Positions 1-7,829 of a stretch of 17,687 bases of DNA are shown here, in pieces. Source of the stretch: a virus. The notes under the pieces were generated by a model. It had not been told where the DNA came from and searched no databases. It worked only from the letters and a program-made list of their open reading frames with translations. Numbering within the stretch: position 1 is the first letter of the stretch; every line of letters begins with the position of its first letter. The stretch lies in the UHGV virus genome UHGV-0085586. One strand, 5' to 3'. Position numbers and translations under genes: made by a program.

Positions 1-1083
1 ATGAAAAAATTAACAGTGGCAATTTCTGCTGTAGCTGCATCAGTACTGATGGCGATGTCTGCTCAGGCAGCTGAAATTTATAATAAAGACAGTAACAAGC
101 TGGATCTGTACGGGAAAGTTAATGCTAAGCACTATTTCTCCTCTAATGATGCAGATGATGGTGATACTACTTATGCCCGTCTTGGCTTCAAAGGTGAAAC
201 CCAAATCAACGATCAACTGACTGGTTTCGGTCAGTGGGAATATGAATTCAAAGGCAACCGCGCTGAATCTCAAGGTTCCTCCAAAGATAAAACCCGTCTT
301 GCCTTCGCTGGCCTGAAATTCGGTGACTACGGCTCAATCGATTACGGCCGTAACTACGGTGTAGCATACGACATCGGTGCGTGGACTGACGTTCTGCCAG
401 AATTCGGTGGCGATACCTGGACCCAAACAGATGTGTTCATGACTGGTCGCACCACTGGTGTTGCAACTTATCGTAACAACGACTTCTTTGGTCTGGTTGA
501 TGGTCTGAACTTTGCTGCTCAGTATCAGGGTAAAAATGACCGCACTGACGTAACTGAAGCTAATGGTGATGGTTTCGGTTTCTCCACTACTTATGAGTAT
601 GAAGGATTCGGTGTAGGTGCAACCTATGCTAAATCTGACCGCACTAATAATCAGGTTATCTACGGTAACAACAGCCTGAATGCATCTGGTCAAAATGCTG
701 AAGTATGGGCAGCTGGTCTGAAATATGATGCGAACAACATCTATCTGGCTACCACCTATTCTGAAACCCAGAACATGACTGTTTTTGGTAATAACCATAT
801 TGCCAACAAAGCACAAAACTTCGAAGTAGTTGCACAATATCAGTTCGACTTCGGTCTGCGTCCGTCCGTTGCTTACCTGCAATCTAAAGGAAAAGACTTG
901 GGTGCGTGGGGTGATCAGGACCTGGTTGAATATATTGATGTAGGTGCAACCTATTACTTCAACAAAAATATGTCCACTTTTGTTGATTACAAAATCAACC
1001 TGATTGATAAGAGCGATTTCACGAAAGCATCTGGCGTTGCTACCGATGATATCGTTGCTGTAGGTATGGTTTACCAGTTCTAA
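1..1083 (+). CDS. nmpC: General diffusion porin (OmpC/OmpF/PhoE family), prophage-encoded NmpC/Lc-type
   Basis: 360 aa ORF from ATG at 1 to TAA at 1081-1083. N-terminal signal peptide [23 protein letters not shown] followed by AEIYNKD; Gly/Tyr/Asp-rich beta-barrel composition; C-terminal aromatic residue (...VGMVYQF). Matches my recollection of NmpC/Lc porins, which sit next to Q in DLP12/PA-2-type prophages. Symbol is by recollection, not search. Confidence 0.85.
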   Translation: MKKLTVAISAVAASVLMAMSAQAAEIYNKDSNKLDLYGKVNAKHYFSSNDADDGDTTYARLGFKGETQINDQLTGFGQWEYEFKGNRAESQGSSKDKTRLAFAGLKFGDYGSIDYGRNYGVAYDIGAWTDVLPEFGGDTWTQTDVFMTGRTTGVATYRNNDFFGLVDGLNFAAQYQGKNDRTDVTEANGDGFGFSTTYEYEGFGVGATYAKSDRTNNQVIYGNNSLNASGQNAEVWAAGLKYDANNIYLATTYSETQNMTVFGNNHIANKAQNFEVVAQYQFDFGLRPSVAYLQSKGKDLGAWGDQDLVEYIDVGATYYFNKNMSTFVDYKINLIDKSDFTKASGVATDDIVAVGMVYQF

Positions 1084-1093
1084 TTTGATTACT

Positions 1094-1132
1094 AAAAGAT
1101 ATGTTGCGGGAGGCTTTGCCTCCCCAACATAT
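1094..1132 (-). terminator. Hairpin with U-tract on the minus strand (candidate tR'-like terminator or late-leader structure downstream of Q)
   Basis: Plus-strand arms atatgttgcgggaggc (1099-1114) and cctccccaacatat (1119-1132) around loop tttg. On the minus strand the stem is followed by CUUUUAGU (plus 1094-1098 aaaag). A second hairpin aagtggct/agccactt lies at 1133-1154. Confidence 0.35.
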
Positions 1133-1219
1133 AAGTGGCTCCCTCAAGCCACTTCCTTTAGGAGCACAACCTTGCTTCTAACTATATAAACCTTCTGTTA
1201 TATATTACCCTTTATTTTT

Positions 1220-1253
1220 GGGGGCGTTGCAACGCCCCATTTTTAATAATTTT
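1220..1253 (+). terminator. Rho-independent terminator downstream of the porin gene
   Basis: Perfect palindrome ggggcgttgcaacgcccc (1221-1238) followed directly by atttttaataatttt on the plus strand. Confidence 0.6.
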
Positions 1254-1271
1254 TAGTAAACAATTGGCATA

Positions 1272-1655
1272 TTAATTAGAGTTATTAACAACGATATCCA
1301 TCTCTAACCGGATATCTAATGCCATTAACATCCCTTCAATTATGCCCTCAGCCTTCTGTAACCTTTTCCCGATATAACCATCAGAGCAGCAATGCTTACC
1401 TGCCAGTGACATGAATGTCATACCGACTACATAATAATCTACTAATAAATCGTGCAAATCGCTGTTGTTCTTTTTCAGACGGGCCATGCACCCGCAAATA
1501 ATCATCGCGTCATCGTCACAACATTGCGGGCGAGATTTTACTTTTGAAGTAATTAATCCCTTAAAACCGGCGGCAATGGACGACCAGGTCACATCTTCAT
1601 GATTATTAGCCGCCCACGCTCCCCAGCGTTCGAGAACCATCTGAATATCACGCAT
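1272..1655 (-). CDS. quuD: Late-gene antitermination protein Q (DLP12 QuuD-like)
   Basis: 127 aa from ATG at 1655 ([24 protein letters not shown]...); the track ORF starts at an upstream TTG at 1670. Cys-rich motifs ([20 protein letters not shown]). Position at the end of the early-right operon, upstream of the late region, as in lambdoid phages. Symbol from memory. Confidence 0.8.
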   Translation of the reverse strand: MRDIQMVLERWGAWAANNHEDVTWSSIAAGFKGLITSKVKSRPQCCDDDAMIICGCMARLKKNNSDLHDLLVDYYVVGMTFMSLAGKHCCSDGYIGKRLQKAEGIIEGMLMALDIRLEMDIVVNNSN

Positions 1656-1672
1656 CAACTTTCTCCACAAAA

Positions 1673-2692
1673 TCAGGACAGCACACCAATCGCCAGCGCG
1701 CGATCGATAAAACGAAATATCAGCTCCAGTTGGGAACCATACTTCTCTTCAAATGCCACGGTATCCGCATGTAGTTCGTCATGGTGTTTTCTGCACAAAG
1801 GCAACACAAAAAGGTCATGCGCTTTTGTACCCATTCCACCCTGACCATGACCAATCAGGTGATGAGGATCGTCGGCTGGCTTACCACAACATGCACACGG
1901 CTGCGTCTTAACCCAGCGCGTGTACTTTTCATTAACCCAGCGACGACGTTTTGGGCGTAACATAAAAGACTCCGGCGACTCCGGATCCACTTTCAGCGCC
2001 AGCACCTTTTTCGCTTTATCCTGGATGATGCTGGTGGCAGGAACCGAAGGCACAAGGTCACTTTCCCGGGTGACAGACGGCACAACAGGCTTCGGTAATC
2101 TCAGTGCCTTACGGGCTGCACTTTCCGGTAAGGCATCCGCCAGGTCATTACGAATCAGCCACCAGCACAGTTCCGGCATTGTCACAACGTGACTGTCATC
2201 AAAACCGAGATCCCGACGCACAACAGACAACACCCAGCGGGCACAGTTATCCGTTGCCATTGATTCCAGCCGTTCCGTGAACTGATCGCGCAGCTGGTTA
2301 TCGCAGTGCCAGCACAGACGGATCGCGCCCGGCGCGTGTCGCATTGTGGTCATGTTCTCGCTGTGCCAGTCGGAATGAGGCCACTGACAGCCCTTTTCAC
2401 GAAGTAACCAGCTTTCAAGACATTCCACGCCACCAGCACGACGGATCACTGCCTCATTGCAGAACACGGCTCGAACGGCAGGATCATCCGCCAGCGGTTG
2501 TGATGCCGCGGGAACGGCACCACTGGCGAAAGATGAATAACGTTCCGGCTCAGGCTCCAGCAGGACACGCCCCTGCATAAACAGGGGCATCAGCTCTGAA
2601 CCGGGCCTGAACAATACAATCCCCATACGCGGGGCAATTTCAGGGGTCAGCAGTGCTCTCACGGTCACCTCAGCAAACGATATTGAATGCAT
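1673..2692 (-). CDS. Prophage protein with C-terminal Cys/His-rich HNH-like domain (DUF968-like)
   Basis: 339 aa, ATG at 2690-2692 (minus). C-terminal ~95 aa carry [14 protein letters not shown]...[10 protein letters not shown], a Zn-finger/HNH-like arrangement that I recall from DUF968 prophage proteins. Occupies the nin-region slot between replication genes and Q. Confidence 0.7.
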   Translation of the reverse strand: MHSISFAEVTVRALLTPEIAPRMGIVLFRPGSELMPLFMQGRVLLEPEPERYSSFASGAVPAASQPLADDPAVRAVFCNEAVIRRAGGVECLESWLLREKGCQWPHSDWHSENMTTMRHAPGAIRLCWHCDNQLRDQFTERLESMATDNCARWVLSVVRRDLGFDDSHVVTMPELCWWLIRNDLADALPESAARKALRLPKPVVPSVTRESDLVPSVPATSIIQDKAKKVLALKVDPESPESFMLRPKRRRWVNEKYTRWVKTQPCACCGKPADDPHHLIGHGQGGMGTKAHDLFVLPLCRKHHDELHADTVAFEEKYGSQLELIFRFIDRALAIGVLS

Positions 2693-2713
2693 ACAGAGAA
2701 AAAAACTCAGTCA

Positions 2714-2971
2714 TCACGCAGTAAACTCCTTCACCAGTATTTCAAACTGGCTTACCTGTCCTTCCAGTTCCTCCACGCAATCCACCAGCTCATCCACCGC
2801 CTTTTGTGTACGGTGTTTTGCCTGCAGCAGATCACGAAGCGCCGGAGTAAGCTGCTTGCGGAGCGTATCTTTTGCCACGCTCGTTTTTTCCATCTGTTCA
2901 GCACAACGAAGCATCTCCTGCGCCTGCCGACGAAGTTGTTCCGGTGAAACAGTGGTTGTTCTGTTGTTCAA
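2714..2971 (-). CDS. Hypothetical small coiled-coil protein (85 aa)
   Basis: ORF opens with TTG at 2971 overlapping the helicase stop (tTGa); GGAG lies 8 nt upstream. Charged, helical composition. Start codon uncertain (internal ATGs exist). Confidence 0.45.
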   Translation of the reverse strand: MNNRTTTVSPEQLRRQAQEMLRCAEQMEKTSVAKDTLRKQLTPALRDLLQAKHRTQKAVDELVDCVEELEGQVSQFEILVKEFTA

Positions 2972-4368
2972 AATAAACGCTCCATTTTACTGCCCGACAT
3001 GCGGTTATTGCTGTATCTGCGCGGATTGCCCGGCGTCATGGGTGTGGAAAGAACCCGGGCACTCTCCTGGTCCACAGGCAGAAAATGTCCGTTATGAAAA
3101 CGCCGGTAAATGGTCCCGAGCGTGCCATTACGCTGTTTCGTGATGTTGATTTCTGCTATGCCTCTGGCCTGAGTTTCCGGGTTGTATACCTCATCCCTGT
3201 AAAGCATCAGAATGATGTCGGCATCCGCCTCGATTTCCCCGGAGTTTTTCAGGTCCGAGTTCATTGGGCGTTTATTGGGTCTGGATTCCACGCCGCGGGA
3301 GAGCTGGCTCAGAGCAATCAGCGGAAAACCGCCGGATTTTGCCAGGCTTTTAAGTCCCTTTGAGATTTCCCCCACCGCAAGGTCGTGACGCCCCGTGCTG
3401 CGGGTTTTAATCAGGCCGAGGTAATCGACCACCACCAGCGCCGTTTCCGGGTGTTTCATCCGGTGGTGCTTCGTGGTTGCACATATCTCATCAATGGTCA
3501 GGTTTGCCTGGTCCACCATCCAGATATTACGCCCCGTCATTCGTCCCACGCCCTGCGAGAAACGCGCCCAGTCTTCATCTTCAAAACGGGCAACAGACTT
3601 AAGACGGGATACCGGCATTCCACCGGCAGCAGACACCATACGTTCACCAATCTGGATGTTCGCCATCTCCATGGTGAACAGAAGCACGCCATGCCCCTGC
3701 TCAGTCACCTTGTCGATGATGTCCAGCGCAAGTTCGGTTTTCCCCATCGAAGGACGGGCGGCAATGAATACCAGGTCTCCGGGCTCCATACCGCCCGTTT
3801 TTGCGTCCAGTTCATCAATACCGGTCATCAGCGCCCTGGATTTCTCCAGTCCCTGATTGCGGCATTCAACACGGTCGACCACTTCCGGAAGGACATCATC
3901 AATGTGAACCGGCTGAATGACGCCCTTTCCGGTCGACAGTGAGGCCATCATGTTCTGCGCATCCTTCAGGGCATCCTCGGCTGCTTCACAGGTATACGCA
4001 TCACGTAAATTCTGTAATGCTTCAGTCAGTGTTTTTTCTGCATCGCGCAGTGCGGCATTGCGCCGTAACGCTGCGACATAGTGCTCCAGTGAAGACTTCA
4101 CCCAGGTTTTGCGTCCGGTGTCGGTAATCACCGGGGCAAGTTCCGGCATCTCATTGCACAGCAGTACGGGGTCAATGACGCCGGATATGCGAGCCTGTCT
4201 GCAAATCCCCGCGTAAATATCCCGGTACTGACGCACAAAAAATACATCCGCCGGAAGTGTGGTCAGAATATCCATCACTTCCGGATCGGCCCCACGCAGA
4301 AAAAACGCACCGATGACAGCGCCTTCCAGGTCATCGTTACGCCATGCCGGGGTGTTCTGGCTGGTCAT
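2968..4368 (-). CDS. DnaB-family replicative DNA helicase
   Basis: 466 aa; ATG at 4366-4368 (minus) preceded by GGAGGTG. RecA-like C-terminal domain with Walker A-like ARPSMGKTELALD and typical DnaB motifs (GIDELD...GGMEPGDLV..., LSQLSRGVESR). Confidence 0.9.
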   Translation of the reverse strand: MTSQNTPAWRNDDLEGAVIGAFFLRGADPEVMDILTTLPADVFFVRQYRDIYAGICRQARISGVIDPVLLCNEMPELAPVITDTGRKTWVKSSLEHYVAALRRNAALRDAEKTLTEALQNLRDAYTCEAAEDALKDAQNMMASLSTGKGVIQPVHIDDVLPEVVDRVECRNQGLEKSRALMTGIDELDAKTGGMEPGDLVFIAARPSMGKTELALDIIDKVTEQGHGVLLFTMEMANIQIGERMVSAAGGMPVSRLKSVARFEDEDWARFSQGVGRMTGRNIWMVDQANLTIDEICATTKHHRMKHPETALVVVDYLGLIKTRSTGRHDLAVGEISKGLKSLAKSGGFPLIALSQLSRGVESRPNKRPMNSDLKNSGEIEADADIILMLYRDEVYNPETQARGIAEINITKQRNGTLGTIYRRFHNGHFLPVDQESARVLSTPMTPGNPRRYSNNRMSGSKMERLF

Positions 4369-5264
4369 GCGGCAACACCTCCGATACGAGAACGGTAGCT
4401 GGGCCAGTTAAACGACAACCAGTTGCGCCCGCCATCGGTGATCCTGTCGGCAATCCGGGGACTGATGAACGCCCACAATTCTTCCGGTGAAAGGTTGCTG
4501 ATCAGGATAGTTGGCAAAATACCCTCATACCGGGCATTGATAATTTCCTGCAAAATGGCCATTTCAGCCGCACTGCCAAACTGAACGCCGACTTCGTCGA
4601 CAATCAGCAAATCCAGTGACGCATAATGCTCAATGACGTCATCCGCTGTTTTTTCACTGTCATTCCGCCAGCAGTTTTTCACAGCCCGGGTAAGGCGCAT
4701 CACGTCGGTGATCTCCACACTGGCCAGATAGTTACGGATGATGTGTTTTGCCATTGATACCGCCAGATGATTTTTCCCGGTACCGCAACTGCCGGTCATA
4801 ACAAGACTGGTACCGTTCTCCAGCATATCTGGCCAGTTCTCCGCATAGCGGCGACAGGCCGCAAGATTTCTGGCTGCGTCAGGATTAACCTCCAGATAAT
4901 TATCAAACTCGCAGTCCCGAAAACGCAGAGCAATTCCGGCGTTATCAGTCAGTTCTTCCGCCTTGAGGGACGACAGTTCCATGGTCAAATCACTGGCCTC
5001 AGCGATCAAGCAGTCAGGGCAGCATGAAATTTTTTCTCTGTCCTCGCCATTACGATCGATCCACACCAGTATATGCGTACGATATTTACCGTGTTTTTCG
5101 CAATATCCGCGACCTTCACGCATCAGGCAGGAACGATAAGGCCATGGCTTTTCGCCCTTCTGAGCAAATGCAATCTCTGCCCGTAACTCATCCATTTCTG
5201 CCCGTAACTCATCCATTCGCGCCTGTAGTCTTGTTTGTTTCTCACGTTGGTCAATCGTCATCAT
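4365..5264 (-). CDS. DnaC/IstB-like AAA+ helicase loader (P-like replication protein) with N-terminal coiled-coil/Cys motif region
   Basis: Walker A GSCGTGKNHLAVSMA and Walker B DLLIVDEVG. Start set at ATG 5262-5264, 6 nt after GAGGTG; the track ORF begins at GTG 5273. Stop overlaps the helicase start (ATGA). Confidence 0.85.
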   Translation of the reverse strand: MMTIDQREKQTRLQARMDELRAEMDELRAEIAFAQKGEKPWPYRSCLMREGRGYCEKHGKYRTHILVWIDRNGEDREKISCCPDCLIAEASDLTMELSSLKAEELTDNAGIALRFRDCEFDNYLEVNPDAARNLAACRRYAENWPDMLENGTSLVMTGSCGTGKNHLAVSMAKHIIRNYLASVEITDVMRLTRAVKNCWRNDSEKTADDVIEHYASLDLLIVDEVGVQFGSAAEMAILQEIINARYEGILPTILISNLSPEELWAFISPRIADRITDGGRNWLSFNWPSYRSRIGGVAA

Positions 5265-5274
5265 CGCTGTCACC

Positions 5275-6201
5275 TCAGAATGTCAATTTGTTACTGGATT
5301 TACCGAATTTGTCAGACATGGCTCCCAGGCCAGCCAGGACATCGACCTGTCGCTGTCGCCCACCTCCGTGAGCGGCTGGCTGTTGCCAGTAATCTTCGAA
5401 GTGACGATCGGGTCCAAAGAACGTCGCAGCCTGCTTCACGAACTGTGTGCCGGTATTTCCTGTAGCACGTACCCAGGCGGCATACCGCTTCACGCCATCA
5501 AGCATGGTCTCCGGTTTTATTCCCTCCCTGATACGGGCTTTCCAGGCTTTGAAGGCTGCTGACTTGGAATTGCCACCAGCACGTTTGGGATATTCCTGCC
5601 AGGCCTGTTCAAATTCCGGTGAATATTCCTGTCTGGCAGAACGCGCTGGTGCAGACGCGTCAGCGGATGCGCCAATATCTTGCGGTTCATGTTTTGAATT
5701 TACTGGTGGTTCATGTTTTAAACCTTGTGGATCTGGAGTCAGATTCTGAAGGGTCAAACGCGTATTTTTGCCAGAATCTGAAGGGTCAAACACGCCTGAA
5801 CATACAGATTCTGACGGTTCAGATTTTGAAGGTTCAGAATCTGAAGGGTCACGTAATACTGAAAGTCTGCGCTGCTGTTTCAGTTCTGCAACCTTATCCC
5901 GCTCAGTTCTGGCAAGCTGCTCAAGCCGATCAGCATTCAGATGATAAAGATTGGACGTATTACGGTTACCTTTGCGGCGTGACTGACGCGTCAGCCAGCC
6001 ATCAGCCTCCAGTTCGGAGATTGCCGTTCTGACTGTACTTTCTCCCAATCCAAGCTGTCGACATATGGTTTCAACACCCGGGTAGCACACCCCGTCATCA
6101 TTCGAATAATCAGCCAGGCGCGCCATAATCATCAGTTTTGCACCTTTGACGCCATATGCTGCGCATGCATCCCAGACATTACCGAGGATCTTGCTACTCA
6201 T
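5275..6201 (-). CDS. Replication initiator (lambda O-like) with N-terminal winged-helix domain
   Basis: 308 aa; ATG at 6199-6201 (minus) preceded by GGGAGGTG. N-terminal HTH (...GVCYPGVETICRQLGLGESTVRTAISELEADGWL...). Central repetitive DPSDSEPSKSEPSES segment coincides with the DNA iterons, as for lambda O/ori. Confidence 0.8.
   Translation of the reverse strand: MSSKILGNVWDACAAYGVKGAKLMIMARLADYSNDDGVCYPGVETICRQLGLGESTVRTAISELEADGWLTRQSRRKGNRNTSNLYHLNADRLEQLARTERDKVAELKQQRRLSVLRDPSDSEPSKSEPSESVCSGVFDPSDSGKNTRLTLQNLTPDPQGLKHEPPVNSKHEPQDIGASADASAPARSARQEYSPEFEQAWQEYPKRAGGNSKSAAFKAWKARIREGIKPETMLDGVKRYAAWVRATGNTGTQFVKQAATFFGPDRHFEDYWQQPAAHGGGRQRQVDVLAGLGAMSDKFGKSSNKLTF
5684..5853. repeat. Candidate phage replication origin: five iterons plus a flanking duplicated AT-rich motif, inside the initiator gene
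   Basis: Iterons AGAWTYTGAMGGKTC at 5741-5760, 5774-5795, 5806-5820, 5821-5837 and 5836-5850; duplicated ggttcatgtttt at 5684-5695 and 5708-5719. Confidence 0.6.
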
Positions 6202-6422
6202 ACGACACCTCCCAGACGCTTAAACATTTTTCCGGACTGAAACGCCACCAGCGGGTAACTCAGGGTATAAGTACGCCCCTGCACCTGGCAGACAACCTTC
6301 TGACTTTCTGCATTGACCAGGCAAACCCGCAGAACGAGGCCGTTGCTGGTGGTAAACCACTGCCCCACTCGGGGGCAACGGTTGTATCGGTGATACAGGA
6401 AATTAACGATGTGGCGGATCAT
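6198..6422 (-). CDS. Hypothetical small protein (74 aa)
   Basis: ATG at 6420-6422 (minus) preceded by GGAGGTG; stop overlaps the initiator start (ATGA coupling). Sits in the cII-equivalent position; no recognisable motif. Confidence 0.6.
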   Translation of the reverse strand: MIRHIVNFLYHRYNRCPRVGQWFTTSNGLVLRVCLVNAESQKVVCQVQGRTYTLSYPLVAFQSGKMFKRLGGVV

Positions 6423-6613
6423 GGACGCACCTCCGCCGTAGTTACGTATTTAACCGGGCTACCTTTCATTGAGATGGTTTCACACATCTCTGCCGCTTTC
6501 AGTTCCGCTGTTTTTCTGGATTTATAGCGACGGTGCCAGACAGATACATCCGTGCGAACTGATACATCGTTTCTGTATTCCGTAGTGGAGATGATGATTT
6601 CGTAACTAATCAT
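6419..6613 (-). CDS. Hypothetical small protein (64 aa)
   Basis: ATG at 6611-6613 (minus) preceded by AGGAGG at 7 nt; ATGA overlaps with both neighbours. Confidence 0.55.
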   Translation of the reverse strand: MISYEIIISTTEYRNDVSVRTDVSVWHRRYKSRKTAELKAAEMCETISMKGSPVKYVTTAEVRP

Positions 6614-7173
6614 GGGCGAACCTCCTTGTCAGAACCATTCAGCCTGGAATCAACAAGTGCAGCGCCAAAAACAGCATCACCAACACGGTCGTACAGTTTG
6701 CTAGCCAGCGGAGATTCAACGGCCTTAAGCATTGGATAAAGCTGGCTTGTCCAGATTTGATGGATTTCACGCAAATGCAGGTATACGCCTCTGGCGTTTC
6801 GTGCGACAGCTGACATATCAGACGCATCGGCACCTGATAAACTCTTCTCCATCAGGTTAAAGGCGTTGATGTATGCCTCTTTGAACCGGGCAGCACGTTT
6901 ACCCGTGAAACCCATAGCAAGAAATGCAAAACCGTCTCGTGTGATTTGATAGCAAGGGAGCTTGCGTGTACCACCGTTCGGTTGATTTACCGAAATCGAT
7001 GTCTCCGCAAAATTGCGGGCACAAAACTCAGGGGAACAATCCAGAGTGCGGATCTTTTTCAGCACATCGTCGTGACGCTTGGAGAAGAAGTTGGCAACAG
7101 CCAAAGAAGTGGTAACGGCCTGGCCGTTGTCAATGGTGATTTCAGGTTGAGTGAGGGCTGGGATCGTAGCCAT
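6610..7173 (-). CDS. Rha-family phage regulatory protein (antirepressor-like), copy 3
   Basis: 187 aa from internal ATG at 7171-7173, 8 nt after GGAGG. Rha-type signature begins here (NGQAVTTSLAVANFFSKRHDDVLKKIR...YQITRDGFAFLAMGFTGKRAARFKEAYINAFNLME). The track ORF extends to 7470 through the leader; see findings. Confidence 0.75.
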   Translation of the reverse strand: MATIPALTQPEITIDNGQAVTTSLAVANFFSKRHDDVLKKIRTLDCSPEFCARNFAETSISVNQPNGGTRKLPCYQITRDGFAFLAMGFTGKRAARFKEAYINAFNLMEKSLSGADASDMSAVARNARGVYLHLREIHQIWTSQLYPMLKAVESPLASKLYDRVGDAVFGAALVDSRLNGSDKEVRP

Positions 7174-7470
7174 GATGGCAGCCTCCGTTGACAGTGAAAA
7201 ACTTCCACCACCGGAAACGCCAATTCCACTGGTGGTGAACTGGACGGGGTTGGCGTAACCGGCGTCAACGGAGACCGGCGCACCTTTCGGTGCCCCCGCC
7301 CAGCCCACCATAATCTGGATGTGAGCAAATGCGGACGATAAAAAAGACGCTGGCGCGTCATACATCGCCGTTGACAATTTCAGGACGCCAATCCCGGCAC
7401 CCGCTTTATAAGGTGCCTGAGCAGTGTAACGTCCCGAAATTGCAGAATCAATATGCTGGTGGCGGATCAT
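7174..7470 (-). promoter_or_regulatory. Structured leader copy A (c4-like tripartite RNA element: promoter-like site, terminator hairpin, GNRA hairpin, anti-SD, SD)
   Basis: Minus-strand TTGATT-17-TACACT (plus 7446-7451 / 7423-7428); hairpin gacgcGCCAgcgtc + U6 (plus 7340-7359); GAAA-loop hairpin (7280-7293); GUCAACGG at 7368-7377 and at the SD (7183-7192); complementary CCGUUGAC at 7262-7271. Confidence 0.6.
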
Positions 7471-7829
7471 AGGTGCACCTCCCGTTGATTACGACGGAAC
7501 GCGGAGTGACCCTGGACGGTTTCAGCCTCATGGAATGCTTCAATACAGCTCTCGTAGTACCGCATTGTGCGCAGACTTAACCCAAGCTGAAGCATCATCA
7601 GACCATCAAGGGTGATGTAATAACCACGCAGGGAGTCACCGTAGATGTGATAAGTACCCGGTATGAAATTGCGGGTAAAAAACTCGCGTGAGCAGTTCAG
7701 ATACTCGATTTTGTCAACGATGTTCTGGTGCATGCGCTTGAAATGGCAGGCAACATGCAGGGAGAAAATAACGGCCTTGCCGTTGACGACTTCGATTTTT
7801 AGGAATGGGGAAGTTAGGACAGTAGCCAT
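7467..7829 (-). CDS. Rha-family phage regulatory protein (short, antirepressor-like), copy 2
   Basis: 120 aa from internal ATG at 7827-7829 preceded by the same ACGGAGGCTGCCATC-ATG context as copy 3. Rha-like block (...GKAVIFSLHVACHFKRMHQNIVDKI...YYITLDGLMMLQLG...). Stop overlaps the leader-A ATG at 7470. Confidence 0.7.
   Translation of the reverse strand: MATVLTSPFLKIEVVNGKAVIFSLHVACHFKRMHQNIVDKIEYLNCSREFFTRNFIPGTYHIYGDSLRGYYITLDGLMMLQLGLSLRTMRYYESCIEAFHEAETVQGHSAFRRNQREVHL

Noticed and set aside
40-882. Minus-strand ORFs (40..273, 334..882) within the porin gene
   Set aside because: Antisense to a complete porin CDS with signal peptide and beta-barrel features; no independent support.
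3085-4127. Plus-strand ORFs of 62-185 aa (3085..3363, 3385..3942, 3473..3856, 3939..4127) inside the helicase gene
   Set aside because: Entirely antisense to a well-supported DnaB-like CDS, with no RBS or start context and Arg/His/Ser-rich low-complexity translations typical of GC-rich antisense frames.
5741-5853. Regularly spaced short direct repeats that might look like a CRISPR array
   Set aside because: Only five imperfect ~15-20 bp units with irregular short spacings, lying inside and in frame with the replication initiator gene; this is the classic iteron-origin arrangement, not a repeat-spacer array, and no cas genes are present.
5368-6032. Plus-strand ORFs (5368..5562, 5447..5749, 5619..6032) across the initiator gene and origin
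   Set aside because: Antisense to the O-like gene; the repetitive translation (e.g. NLLVVHVLNLV repeats) is a by-product of the iterons.
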